From: an uncultured virus (IMG/VR IMGVR_UViG_3300029288_000147)
Taxonomy: Duplodnaviria > Heunggongvirae > Uroviricota > Caudoviricetes
Length of the DNA stretch: 64,000 nt
IMG/VR virus record: IMGVR_UViG_3300029288_000147
Direction: 5' to 3' (one strand)
The position numbers were made by a program, and so were the translations under genes. The number at the start of each line of letters is the position of its first letter. Position 1 is the first letter of the stretch. Shown here in pieces: positions 52,623 through 64,000 of this stretch. The notes below the pieces were generated by a model. That model saw only the letters and a program-made list of their open reading frames with translations, had not been told where the DNA came from and ran no database searches.

Positions 52623-52697
52623 TAGGAGCGGTGGGAATTGAACCCGACCTCGGGGTGTTTATAAGACACCTTCCACCAACCAGATGGACTCGCTCCT
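52623..52697 (-). tRNA. tRNA-Ile(TAT)
   Basis: GGTGT-CTTATAA-ACACC; A73. Confidence 0.8.
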
Positions 52698-52815
52698 ATA
52701 TTTAATAATCAAGAAATGATGGTTTTTATTTTATTTCGAAACTCAACAAAACGAAACTTTAATAAAATTAATATGGTTTTTTTACAAGAACATTTACATA
52801 TTTTAAACTTGCTTG

Positions 52816-52898
52816 TATCGGAGGCGAGATTTGAACTCGCACGGCAATATTGCCTTGAGGGTTTAAGCCTCATATGTCTCCCGTTCCATCACTCCGAC
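52816..52898 (-). tRNA. tRNA-Leu(TAA)
   Basis: Loop CT-TAA-AC, long variable arm. Confidence 0.88.
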
Positions 52899-52909
52899 AT
52901 AATGTACAT

Positions 52910-52939
52910 ATAATATAACCTATTTCTTTGTCATATAGA
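52910..52939 (-). promoter_or_regulatory. Conserved phage promoter motif, copy 9, heading the tRNA array
   Basis: TCTATATGACA-N13-TATTAT ending 11 nt before tRNA-Leu(TAA). Confidence 0.72.
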
Positions 52940-54125
52940 CAAGTTTTTATAATTTATTATTTATATTATACTTATGCACTAAACTACTTATTATATTATA
53001 TTTATAAATATTATTATATATTAGAAATGTCATATTTTTGGCTAAATAAATTTTTATTTTTTCATAATTATTCATTACCACTTTTAAATCCTACTGATCT
53101 ATTATCCAATTTACCATCTATATATGGTTTAAATAAATTAATTTCTCTATCTTTGTCGACTTTTATACTATAGCCTAATTCTAATTTAGAGTCATATTCC
53201 ATCATTGTTTTTGAAAAAATAGAATTAATTTGTTTTGAAAATCTTTCTATTTGAGTTAATCCAGATATTGGAAAATAAAAATATTTATCACCAGTTTTTG
53301 TAACTAGAACATGATTGTCATGACTATAATATGTTGTTAATACTTTTATTCTAGTATTGTCTGGCACTATAATATCACCTTTCTTTATTCCTTTTATGCA
53401 ACTTTTAAATTCGATTAATTTCATATTTAGAAACTCCATACTTTATTATTAATCTATATAAAATTTCATGAATAATATAAAATACAAGGATTATTATACA
53501 ACTAAACACATTATTCTCCTTTTTCTTTCCATTCCTTATTTTCACCCGTGGGAATAAATTCTTCAATTACTCTAAATATTCTAAATATAGGGTATTTTTG
53601 AACCTCATTTTTATGACGATTAACCATACAATAAAATCCTTCTTTAACATAACAGTTATCAATATCTTCAAATGCCATTGGCAAAGATTGATCTCTATTT
53701 TGTACTTTAATTGTCAATGTTTTATGCTTTTTCATTTTTAATTTCCTTTTATATATTATAAAAAATTATGACTCTGATGTATATGGTGGTCTATAATCTT
53801 CCAGATGATAATTTTTGTATTGTTTTTCTAAATCTTCTAATTCTTTTTTAAGATTTGATTATCATTATTCTTTAAATATTCCTTCAAATAAGCAAGTCTA
53901 TCAATATCTTCTTCTATTCTTCCACCTGATGATGTCATTATTTGGCCTCCTCATTTTTATTAATATGTTCAATTATATTATCTATGTCTTTATTTATCGC
54001 ATATATTATGCTTTTTAATTCTTCTATTTTACATAACACATGATCATCTGGTAATTCTTTTACTCCAAATACTCCTTCATGAATAATTTTTGATCTTGGT
54101 GGAATTGGGTATCTTTTTATCATTT

Positions 54126-55238
54126 TTAACCTCTAGTCTTATTTTCAATTAAAGTATTAGTTGAAACCTTAATAAATTCTGTATTTTCTTGATAATGTTG
54201 AATATTCATAGCGTTACAATAACTCATTGATGATCGTAGCCCACCTTCATAATCTTTTATAATTTCTTTTAATGATTTAGGTTCACCAAATGATTTTAAC
54301 ACATGAGAAACACCTTCATATGTTCTATTTATAGCAAATGTTGATTCACCTTTATATTCTTTTCTCCAATCCATTGTTGGTTGCCAATCATAACCTTTAC
54401 CTATCGGTAGTCTATTATACGAAGGAACTTGTTCCATTATTGGACCCCAATCTGGGCTTTCTTTAGCATAAGCTAATATTTTGCCCATCATTACACAATC
54501 AGCACCCGCAGCAATTGCTTTACAAAAATCAGCAGGTTTTTCAATTCCACCATCCGCGATTAATGTAATATCACTTCTTTTAAGTACAGAAGCAATTTCA
54601 ATTATGGCAGATAATTGAGGAACACCAATTCCAGTCATAATTCTCGTACTACAACAACTTCCCGGTCCAATTCCGACTTTAATCCCATCTATATCTAATT
54701 CTTTATATATTTTTGCTGCTTCAGTAGTTGCTATATTTCCAACAACAATGTCAAAATTTAATTCTGTATGTTCTTTTAATCTATTTTTGTATTGTATTAT
54801 TTTTTTTACTTCTTCATAAACTTTATCATTGGCAGCATTTGCTACATCTAGAACAACAACTTTTGGGAAAAAATAATCATAATGAACAGAATCATCAAAT
54901 TCTTTTTTTACTTTGTGTAAAACTAATTCATCTAATAGTTGTTTCCAACCAATAATTCCAATTGAAATTCCAAAATTTTCATTTTTTATTTTTGTTATTT
55001 CTAAAAAATGATCATGTATTGGACCAAATCCTCTATGCAATATCCCAATACCACCTTCGTCTGACATAGCTTTGCACATATTAGAATCAGTTACGGTTCT
55101 CATATTAGCTGAAGATATTGGAATACGTAATTTTACGTTTCTTGAAAAATTAGAAGATATATCGACATCCATTCTTGAATTAATATGAGTCCAAGATGGA
55201 TTAATTAAAACATCATCAAATGTAAATTTTTCTATCAT
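54126..55238 (-). CDS. guaB: IMP dehydrogenase / GMP reductase family (no CBS domains)
   Basis: TFDDVLI, SANMRTVT, GIGPGSCCSTR, IADGGI, AGADCVMMG, GGLRSSMSY; IMPDH vs GMPR not resolved. Confidence 0.82.
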   Translation of the reverse strand: MIEKFTFDDVLINPSWTHINSRMDVDISSNFSRNVKLRIPISSANMRTVTDSNMCKAMSDEGGIGILHRGFGPIHDHFLEITKIKNENFGISIGIIGWKQLLDELVLHKVKKEFDDSVHYDYFFPKVVVLDVANAANDKVYEEVKKIIQYKNRLKEHTELNFDIVVGNIATTEAAKIYKELDIDGIKVGIGPGSCCSTRIMTGIGVPQLSAIIEIASVLKRSDITLIADGGIEKPADFCKAIAAGADCVMMGKILAYAKESPDWGPIMEQVPSYNRLPIGKGYDWQPTMDWRKEYKGESTFAINRTYEGVSHVLKSFGEPKSLKEIIKDYEGGLRSSMSYCNAMNIQHYQENTEFIKVSTNTLIENKTRG

Positions 55239-56768
55239 CTATATTTCCTTATTGCTGAATTCAAACCCAATAGGTTTGTTTTTAATATCATTAAAATCTC
55301 CTAATTAATTTATTACGCATTTGTTATGGCATATAATAACATATTTTGCTATATATGAGGCAATTTTATTATTTATCATTAATTCATCAAATTCATTTAT
55401 TAATTTACTTTTTCTTTTTTTTAAGAAAAAACATAATATGCCATTTATTTTCATACTTAATTCTATAATTCTATGTGCTATAACAATATCAGTTGATGTT
55501 GCATTATATTTTTTACATGCATAATCAAAATTATAAGAATCTATTACGGCAATAGCTACTCCGACCGGTGGCATATTTTGCTCCTATTAATAAACCACGT
55601 CTTCTAAATTAATATCATAAGGCGGGATTCCTTCGATGTCAATGACTTCTGTTTCTATTCCCTCTAAATTTCCAATGATAATATTCATTATTGAAAGTCC
55701 ACATCATCATCAAACAAGACGAGTTGATCATTATTTTTTTCTAATGATATAAATAAATGAGGCGTTTTTTCTTCTTTTTGTTCACCATTTGATGAAATAA
55801 ATGATAAGTCATATAATTTAACTAAAATACCAATTGTTTTATTTTCATTGGATATTTTAATAAATAAAGAATCATCATTTTCTTTTTTTTCTAAAGAATA
55901 TTTCATGAATTAATACCTCTTTTTTAATTTGCTGGTTTACTATTTTTATTTTGTGTATTTTTGCAAATATTAATTAATTCATAACAAGCATCATATAAAC
56001 TATCACAATCACCTACTTTTTGTGTTATTATTGCTTCATCAATTCTTTCAAATGACCTTACATCACAAGAAGAATATGAAGATATAGAGTTGATATATTC
56101 TACATTTTTTGCAAATGTTTCTTGTATTTTTCTCAACGTTGTATTAATAAGTTCTACAACAACAATGTCTTTATAATTAGAAAGATTTTCTATTCTTTCT
56201 TTTTTCATAAGAAGAAGAGTTTCAATTTGTTTTTCTAATTCTAATAGTCTAATTGTTGGATGGTTTGGATTCATCATTTTGATTTTCCTCTGTTTTTATT
56301 TTTTTGTGTCTATCTCTAATAATATTTACTGCTTCTAATAATTTAAACGCAAATCTTTCTGCATATTCTGCATCAACTAATAGTGAAAAAGAATCTTCTA
56401 AATAATTATTTATTTCTTCTTCTGTTCCATTTAATCTATTAGGATATCTTAAATTACCATTTCTATCATAATTTTCACCAACAATCATAATGCCATCTTG
56501 TGGTATTATTTCACCATTATCTTCAATATAATCTTTCAAAATTTGTATTGACATTATATATTGAAATTCATTTGAACACTCTAAAAATTCTTTAAAGTTG
56601 TTGTTATAACATTGTTTTCTTTCGTTTTCTAATTCGTTCCATTCTTTTAAATCTGTAGCATCCATATCATCATCAATGTCATCATTCCAATAGACTTCAT
56701 AAAATTCTTCAACAGGCGTAATTGATTTGCTCATTGTGAAACTCCTTTTTATTTTTATATGGTTATTG

Positions 56769-56843
56769 TACCCTTAATGAGACTCGAACTCATACCATAT
56801 CATCTTAGGAGGATGATGTTCTTTCCAATTAAACTATAAGGGC
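56769..56843 (-). tRNA. tRNA-Arg(CCT)
   Basis: Loop CT-CCT-AA. Confidence 0.88.
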
Positions 56844-56847
56844 ATAT

Positions 56848-56879
56848 ATATGCAGCATACGCTAGCGTATGCTGCATAT
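56848..56879. repeat. Perfect 32-bp palindrome (terminator or processing hairpin)
   Basis: ATATGCAGCATACGCTAGCGTATGCTGCATAT. Confidence 0.7.
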
Positions 56880-56885
56880 TTTTAA

Positions 56886-57671
56886 TTAATGTTTGATTCT
56901 ATTTCCACAATTTGGGCAAAATTTAAAATTGAGATTCGTTACCTCTTTTCCACAATAACCGCAAAATAAATTATCACAATAATATTTTTTATTGTGTGGT
57001 TTATTTATTCTTTTCGTTGAACTTATAGAATTATTATATGGTTTTAATTGAATCTGTAGAATTATTTCGTTATTTTCACAACTAAAATCATTTACATTTA
57101 CAAATTTTTGATTAGATTCAGATCCATAATCAGTAATTCCTTTTTCATTTACATCACTCAAAGTTTGATTTGATGTTAATGATACATTATTTAAACAAGC
57201 TGTTGTTGTTGTTGTCCCGCACCATCTAATCGAATAGTCTTTAAGTCTATTAACTCCATATTTCATATTATCCCATCTATATTGTTTAATTGAGATAGTT
57301 TTTGGAAAAATATAACTGTAATCAATTACTTTTTCTTTTAGAATTTTCAATTGAACAAGTCCATTAATTGGATTTCCTGGATCAGAATTGTTTGAATAAT
57401 CTGTTTTTACAAATTTAAATTTTGGCCCATTATTTAAGCTTCCCAACATAAACCTTTCAATAGTAATTGTTGAATGAGCATTAACTACGAACCAATCTTT
57501 TTGTTCATCTCCATCTAAACAAATTTTAAATTTGATTCTAACATCATTATCGTTTCTTAAACGAATTGAATATTCCGTATTAAAAGGAATATAAGTGCAT
57601 CCATTAATGATTTTTTGTTCTTGACCATCAACAACTATGGTCATTGTGAGATTTTCTGAATTGTGTGACAT
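56886..57671 (-). CDS. Hypothetical protein with C-terminal zinc ribbon
   Basis: EYSIRLRN..LDG; C-terminal CGYCG..FCPNCG. Confidence 0.65.
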   Translation of the reverse strand: MSHNSENLTMTIVVDGQEQKIINGCTYIPFNTEYSIRLRNDNDVRIKFKICLDGDEQKDWFVVNAHSTITIERFMLGSLNNGPKFKFVKTDYSNNSDPGNPINGLVQLKILKEKVIDYSYIFPKTISIKQYRWDNMKYGVNRLKDYSIRWCGTTTTTACLNNVSLTSNQTLSDVNEKGITDYGSESNQKFVNVNDFSCENNEIILQIQLKPYNNSISSTKRINKPHNKKYYCDNLFCGYCGKEVTNLNFKFCPNCGNRIKH

Positions 57672-58547
57672 GTTTTTGTTTCCTTTCCTAAGAGTACCAT
57701 AGAAATAAATTCCATAGCCATCCTAAGTTTTTTGTTCTTGATTTTTAGATACGTTAACTTATTTTTCGACCTATTTTTACACTCCTTTCTATTTAATTTT
57801 GAATTTCATTTTATAATCCTTTTTCTCTATATTGATTATAAACATCTAATATAGCTTCTATTGCAGTTTCTTTGCCATCTGAATAATAAATTTGTTTATC
57901 AGAATTTTTTCCACATTCTTTACAAAATGATTTTTTATAAATAGTAAATTCCCATCCAGTTATCCCTATACAATTGATGTCGTGAAAATATATCAGTGTT
58001 GTAAAATAATTTGGGTGTTTTGAAATTGTTTCGTAAAATTCAATTGCATCTATTAATTCATAAATACTTTTTGATTTTATCATTTCTTGTACTATTTTGT
58101 CTTTTTCAAGATACGTTTTGCACGTGTTACCCATTTTCGTATTTTTCCTTTAATTTTAAATATTTGTTATATTCAGCTTTTTCTAGTTTCTCTTTCATTA
58201 ACTTTTGCTTTTCTTCTTTTTCTTTTTCTTTTTGAGCCTTTAATTCTTCAGTTCTTTTCTTTTGTTTCTCTATAAAGTCTTCATCATACAAAAATTCAAC
58301 AGGAATATAAATATATTCTGTATCCCCACAACTAACATCAAATTCAAGACGAAGAACTAATTCATTGTTCGAATTAAAACTTAATGGAGATTCCCAATTA
58401 ATTGAAAAACTTCTATAATAGTAATATTCACCATATCCCATAGATTCTAATATAGATGGCATCATTGGAGTTAAAAACTCTTTAGCTTTTACTACAAATT
58501 TTTCAATTTTTTGTGTTGATTCATATATATCAACAATTTCTTCTCTT

Positions 58548-58893
58548 TTAAACATAATATCTCCAAAATATTTTAAGACCTAATTCTTTTGCAGTTTCAA
58601 TCATGTTCTTTGTTCCTTTAGAGGTTGGTATCATAATTGCAATTAATGCTTCACCATATTCTGCCATCTGTTTATTTCTAATTGGTCCAGCTGATTTTCC
58701 ATATTTGTCCCATTCTGCAGGAAATCTTTTTTACTGATATATGATTTTCTTCTGCAAATCTTTCACCTAATTTATCTACACCTCTTGCAGTTCCTGATAT
58801 TACTTCTGTTATTTCAAATTCTGATTCTTTTATGACCTTTTTAAGAAATTCATAGTCATTTATTTCTCTTGATCCTGCTATTATTGTTTTCAT
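58548..58893 (-). pseudogene. SLOG/YspA-like (DUF2493) gene with a frameshift in an A-run
   Basis: IIAGSR..SGTARGVD then, one base on, FPAEWDKYGKSAGPIRNKQM..SKGTKNMI. Confidence 0.75.
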
Positions 58894-58902
58894 TTTAATA
58901 TT

Positions 58903-59577
58903 TTAATAAATTTTTGATTTGTCTTTTAAATACCAATATGCTAAAACACATGCACAACTAAATGTATTTCCTGAATGTCCATCATCTAAATCTTTAACTA
59001 ATGATTTTTGTTTATCCCAATCAAGGTTTTTAAATTCTGAAATCATTTCTGGATCTTTTAGAGTATCAGCAATAACAACAGCTTGTTGTAAAATAAACAT
59101 TTCATATGGTTCCCAATCCCATATTTCTTCTTTTTTGAATTCTGATTCTTTTGTTAATCTATCCAATCTATTTTTGAAACATTGAGGAAGAGAATCATAT
59201 ATTTTATTTCTTTTTTCTATATTTTCTTCATATTCTTTTTTTCTTTTTATTCCAGTATCAATAAGCCATTGTTTATCTTTTTCTTTTTGTTCTTTAACTG
59301 TTCTATAAAAATAAACGATGCCATTAGAAGTAAATCCTCTTACAGTAAATCCTGTACCTTTTCCATAAAGATGTGCAATTTCTCCAACAATCGGATCTGG
59401 TAATAATTTATCCCTTTTTCCTACACAAAGAGACCAACCATCATCAAAGGTAATTTCCCAACCATTACTAATAATTTTTACTTTTTCAATAATACACTTA
59501 TTATATTGTGTATCATTAAAAAATTCTTCATTTTGACCATCAACAAAAATTGATTTTTCCATATAAACCTCAATCAC
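58903..59577 (-). CDS. Hypothetical protein
   Basis: C-terminal GHSGNTFSCA motif. Confidence 0.55.
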   Translation of the reverse strand: MIEVYMEKSIFVDGQNEEFFNDTQYNKCIIEKVKIISNGWEITFDDGWSLCVGKRDKLLPDPIVGEIAHLYGKGTGFTVRGFTSNGIVYFYRTVKEQKEKDKQWLIDTGIKRKKEYEENIEKRNKIYDSLPQCFKNRLDRLTKESEFKKEEIWDWEPYEMFILQQAVVIADTLKDPEMISEFKNLDWDKQKSLVKDLDDGHSGNTFSCACVLAYWYLKDKSKIY

Positions 59578-62192
59578 TTCTTTTTAAATATTCTTCAACA
59601 ATTTTTAAATTACATGTCAAAAATTTGCTATTAAATGAATTTCCTGAGCAATAAGTGCGACAACAGATAATACATCCACATTCTTTACAAATATACATTT
59701 TTACTGAATTTCTTCCACCACACTCACAATCATGAGAAATATAGTTTATTCCACTATTAATTATAGCTAATTTTTCATAATTTACATAAACATTATTAAC
59801 CAATATAATATTGTCATAATTTTTTAATACATATAATTTTGTATGATAATGTTTATATCTATCTTCTCTATATTGATGGCAATTACATTCATACATTGAT
59901 TTTTCAGATAATGATAAATTAGAAATTATTTTTGGTAAAATAACATTAATATATTTTTCTTCTTCATTTATTTCATTTAATTGCTCTGATACAAAATTAA
60001 TTTTTTTATTTAAGTTTCCTATTATATCATTATTAATAAAATAATTGTCTTCTTTTTCATATTTTAACAAAAAATTATTAATGTCCTTATATATATCTAA
60101 TTCTCTTTGTAATTGTTCTTTTTCCATATGAATCTCACTTTTTTGACTCTTTTGCACAAATATCAGTTACTCTTATTGGGTAATATAATCTAAAACATTC
60201 TTCTTTTGATAATTCTGGATGATATTTCTTATGAAATTCTTCAGGACTTATTTCAATAGCATATTTAGTTAAATCTACTGGTATATAAAACCCTTGTACT
60301 ATAGAAGATGACATACCATTATTAAATTTAATTTCTTTTGACGGCCATGATTTCCATATAAATTTTGTTGTTTTCATTTTTAATATTATTTCCTCCCAGG
60401 AAAATTAATCAAATATGTCAACCGCTATCAGAACAATTTCTTATTATAATGCTTAATGTACCATTTTTAATTTTATCTTGAAACTTTTCTAATTGATTTT
60501 TATGAATATATGTTTTCTTTCCTTTTTTATCTTTAACACATATTAATGAATCTTCTTCACAACCTTCTTTATTGTTGAAAATTTTATCAAAATGTTCTTT
60601 TGTTATTTTCATAGAAGTTTGTTGATTTGATATTGACATTTTATTATTATCCTCCGCAATAAAATGATGTTGATACTCCAACCGAATGATTATCTTTATA
60701 TTTTTCTAAAATATAATTATAATTCATCATATAATGTAAATAGGTTCCAATTAATAAAGCTTTATTTTCACATTTTTTATAGTCTTTATGTATTATTTGA
60801 TAAATTCCATATTCATCTTGATAAGCATATGTTAAAAATCCATATTGTATTAATTTTTCTATTGCACTTTCAAAATGTTTTGATAAACAAAATTCATAAA
60901 TTATATTATCTTCTTTATCAAATTTTAATTTGGCAATTAATTCATAATTAGATTTATTTTCATTTATTTTTTTTCCATATATTTTTAAAATAGCATTATC
61001 ATAATGATTAAATTTATTAGACCTTGTTTCATGAAACTTTATAATAGCATCTATATGCCTAGAAACTTTATCTAATAAATTATATCCATATGAATAATCA
61101 TCCAAACTATATTTTCTTTTTTCATTATTATCAAAAAAACAAATTCCTCTACAATGCATTAAAGCAAATTTTAATTCATCTAATCTATTTTTAATATCAA
61201 TTTTTTGATTATCATATAATCCCTTATCCTTTAAATAAATTAAAAAATCAAGATCATCTTTCAATCTATTTGTTAGAATTGTTGTATATTTAATATTATC
61301 AAATCTTGGTTTATCTGTATTATATACAACATATATTGTTTTGCTTAATAAAGATGAAATTTCACCAAGTGTATCATTCGAATAAAAAATTTTCATTGTT
61401 TAAACCTTTTATTTGCTTCATCTGGATGTAATGCATAATATGGTTGATTATACATTCTTATATCATTGTCTGAAAAATATTTACAACATGATAGATGATA
61501 AAATAATTTTGACAATACACTGTCGCTGTCATCTAATATTCTTCCTATTCCCATTTGAACATTTACATAATCATTATATATTTTTTCTGTATGTTTATGT
61601 TCTTTACATAATTTCCAAAATTCTTCATTTACTTTTTTATACGATTTAAAATCTATATTTACATATTTACCACCAGGAATTTCATAAGGATCATGATATA
61701 AATCTTTAATAAGATTGAGAACAATTTTCATATCATTATCATATTGTACAGCTGCCTCATATGTTTGAAACAATTTTCCAAAAGACTTGAAATAAGATGA
61801 TTTTTCTACCATGATAAACTCCTTTTAATAAAAAATTTTATAACTCTTTGTACTTATTATAATAATATTCAATAACCCAGTCTTTTATATGTATCGCTGT
61901 ATTTTTAATATCATCATACTTAAATGCCTCTTTGGTTAAAACAATATCCCACTCTGCAGAGCAACAATCAATAAAGTAAACTTCTTCTCCATCTCTCAAA
62001 TTTAATTTTTCATTTAATTGTGTTTCAATACCCCACAATTTTTTTCCAAATATTGACCACATTACAAAATCTTGTGAACATTGGTCGCATTTTTTAAATA
62101 TATTAAGATATAATTCCGCTGATCTTTTTGTAGGAAATCCATAAACACATTGAATATTATTAGACGGTATATAAATTACGCAGTACATTATT

Positions 62193-62609
62193 TTACTCTT
62201 TTATTACAAATGAATCAAAATACAAACCCTTGTTATAATATTCATATGCTAAATTAAAATCAAAATTAGCTTTTCTTAAGCATTTCATGAGATATTTTCT
62301 GCCAACATGTATATTAAGAAATGGATATTTTCTAACAGCTTCGTAACTATATCCTAAATCTTTACAACACGTTTTTGTAACTTGCATAAAACCACACGCA
62401 GTAGAATTTTTATTTTTTGCAAAAGGATTAAATGAACTTTCTATTTGTATTGTTTTTAGTATTTGTTTATGATAAGTAGGGTATGTTGATTTTACATATA
62501 ATTCAACATTTTTTTTATTATGCCAATTAATTGAATCAGGTACAACAATTAATTGTCCATATAATATTAGTGGGATGAATAATAATAATATGAATATAAA
62601 TTTTTTCAC
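62193..62609 (-). CDS. Lytic transglycosylase (SLT domain)
   Basis: IESSFNPFAKN, ACGFMQV, NIHVGRKYL, YYNKG; signal peptide. Confidence 0.82.
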   Translation of the reverse strand: MKKFIFILLLFIPLILYGQLIVVPDSINWHNKKNVELYVKSTYPTYHKQILKTIQIESSFNPFAKNKNSTACGFMQVTKTCCKDLGYSYEAVRKYPFLNIHVGRKYLMKCLRKANFDFNLAYEYYNKGLYFDSFVIKE

Positions 62610-62983
62610 TATACTTATGACAAACTTTAATTATTGATATATAGTTTCTAATTTATTTGTAAAATACATTATGTTAAGAACTGGCAAATCACCCAATGCT
62701 GACATCCCGGTCGGTGGCCAATTAGCTGAAACATATTGTGTATTAGCATTATTTATAATTAATGGTTTATTTGCTTTTAATAAAAAATATGAAGTAAAAT
62801 TATTAGGAGCCGCTACCACAACTTCTGATGATCCAAAATTTATATTTAAATCATAATTTGAGACCAATTGAATATGTTGAGCTTTTTCTCCTAAATCCTT
62901 TACATAAAACTTACCATGATTTATTAATTCTAATGCTGTTGACTTCCATTCACCATTTATTATTCCATTTTTATATATAGTTT

Positions 62984-63576
62984 TCATATAGAGGGTAGGG
63001 GTTTATTTATTATTTGTCAATTATTTCTATTTTCTTAATTTTATCTGTTTCTTTTTTATCTTCAACTAATTTAGGTATTTTTATTGTTAAAATACCTTTT
63101 TCTAATGTTGATGTAATATTTTCCTTATTATGATTTTTTGAAAGCTTAATAAGTCTTGAGCTTGATGTCTTTTTTAATTCTCTATAGCAATAAAAACCAC
63201 ATTCATCAATTTCGTTTTGATCTTGTTTGTCACATTTGATATTAAGAATATCATTTTCAATTTGTATTGTTATTTGTTCCTTATTTAATCCAGGAACAGC
63301 AGCTTGAATTATTGTTTCTTTTGGTTCTTCAATAACATCAATTTTTGGATATACATTCTTCATAAAGAAATCTGAACCAAGAAAATCATCATTACCAAAT
63401 AATTCTTTTCTTATGGTATCGAATAACTTTGGTAGACTTACAAAATCATAATCGTCAAAATTTTTCATTAGAGAACGTGATACTTCATCGTTATGTTTTA
63501 CGAGTTTATTCATAATAATCCTCCTTTTATAATACTGCATAAAGCATGTATTTATTATAGCCTACCCTCTATATGA
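62984..63576. repeat. 16-bp perfect inverted repeat bracketing hsp20
   Basis: TCATATAGAGGGTAGG (62984-62999) and CCTACCCTCTATATGA (63561-63576). Confidence 0.8.
63010..63540 (-). CDS. Small heat-shock protein (Hsp20/alpha-crystallin)
   Basis: PKIDVIE, AVPGLNKEQITI, RE, LEKGILTIKIPK, IEI; likely start MNKLV after SD AAGGAGG. Confidence 0.9.
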   Translation of the reverse strand: MQYYKRRIIMNKLVKHNDEVSRSLMKNFDDYDFVSLPKLFDTIRKELFGNDDFLGSDFFMKNVYPKIDVIEEPKETIIQAAVPGLNKEQITIQIENDILNIKCDKQDQNEIDECGFYCYRELKKTSSSRLIKLSKNHNKENITSTLEKGILTIKIPKLVEDKKETDKIKKIEIIDK

Positions 63577-63644
63577 TATGACTATATTATAACTATATTT
63601 TTTTGTATATGAAAATGTTATAAGTATATTATAAACATAATTTG

Positions 63645-63994
63645 TGGAGATGGTCGGTTTCGAACCGACGTCCAAAATAATTTCATAAATAGGAATTACA
63701 TGTTTTCTATTTTTTATATGATTCTCTATAGAAATAGAAAACTATAATTGAGAACCATTTGTGATAATTTTTATTGTGATTATCGCACAACACATTTTTT
63801 CTCGATTTTATAACAAATACAATATACCTACGAGAATCGAAATACTGTATTCGCTTGTGCTATTTTATATATTAAGCAGCAAGAGCAAAATTTTCGTTTG
63901 CGTTTATTATTTCATTGAATTTTTTACGATATATCAATGTTTATCGACATGCCTAGTTTACTTCAATTTATTCTGTCGAATCCAATTCATCCCC
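63645..63994 (-). ncRNA. ssrA: tmRNA, tag ANENFALAA*
   Basis: 5' GGGGATGAATTGGATTCGAC; tag GCA AAC GAA AAT TTT GCT CTT GCT GCT TAA; 3' T arm GTCGG-TTCGAAA-CCGAC-CATCTCC-A. Confidence 0.93.
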
Positions 63995-64000
63995 ATATTT

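Noticed and set aside
42246..52913. Short ORF-track calls overlapping tRNAs (e.g. 42246-42458, 42510-42698, 44804-45055, 47069-47281, 50230-50517) and plus-strand ORFs generally
   Set aside because: Shadows of RNA genes or antisense to real minus-strand genes, with no protein-like features.
58548..58893. Programmed frameshift at A-AAA-AAG in the SLOG gene
   Set aside because: That motif promotes -1 shifts but +1 is needed here; a homopolymer indel is simpler.

Overview
AT-rich fragment of a large (jumbo-type) tailed-phage genome; essentially every gene is on the minus strand, standard code 11. 1-13 kb: CCA-adding enzyme, homing endonucleases, a T4 gp42-like dCMP hydroxymethylase, virion proteins (gp13-like neck, beta-helix/tail-fibre-like) and a second nucleotidyltransferase. 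13-39 kb: small early-type genes behind a repeated phage promoter, plus DinG-like helicase, RNA ligase, split metallophosphatase, nitroreductase, radical SAM, SPFH, macrodomain and AdoMet decarboxylase. 39-57 kb: an RNA island with about 40 tRNA or tRNA-like genes (most lacking CCA), a Ro60/TROVE gene with four related Y-RNA-like elements (one with a YrlA-type permuted tRNA domain), a ~210-nt minimal RNase P RNA and many unassigned structured RNAs. Most striking are three tRNA-like genes (Ile-GAT, Arg-TCT, Arg-ACG) in which the anticodon arm precedes the D arm. The window ends with IMPDH/GMPR, SLT, an Hsp20 gene bracketed by a 16-bp inverted repeat, and a tmRNA. All calls come from reading the sequence and folding by eye; no searches were run.
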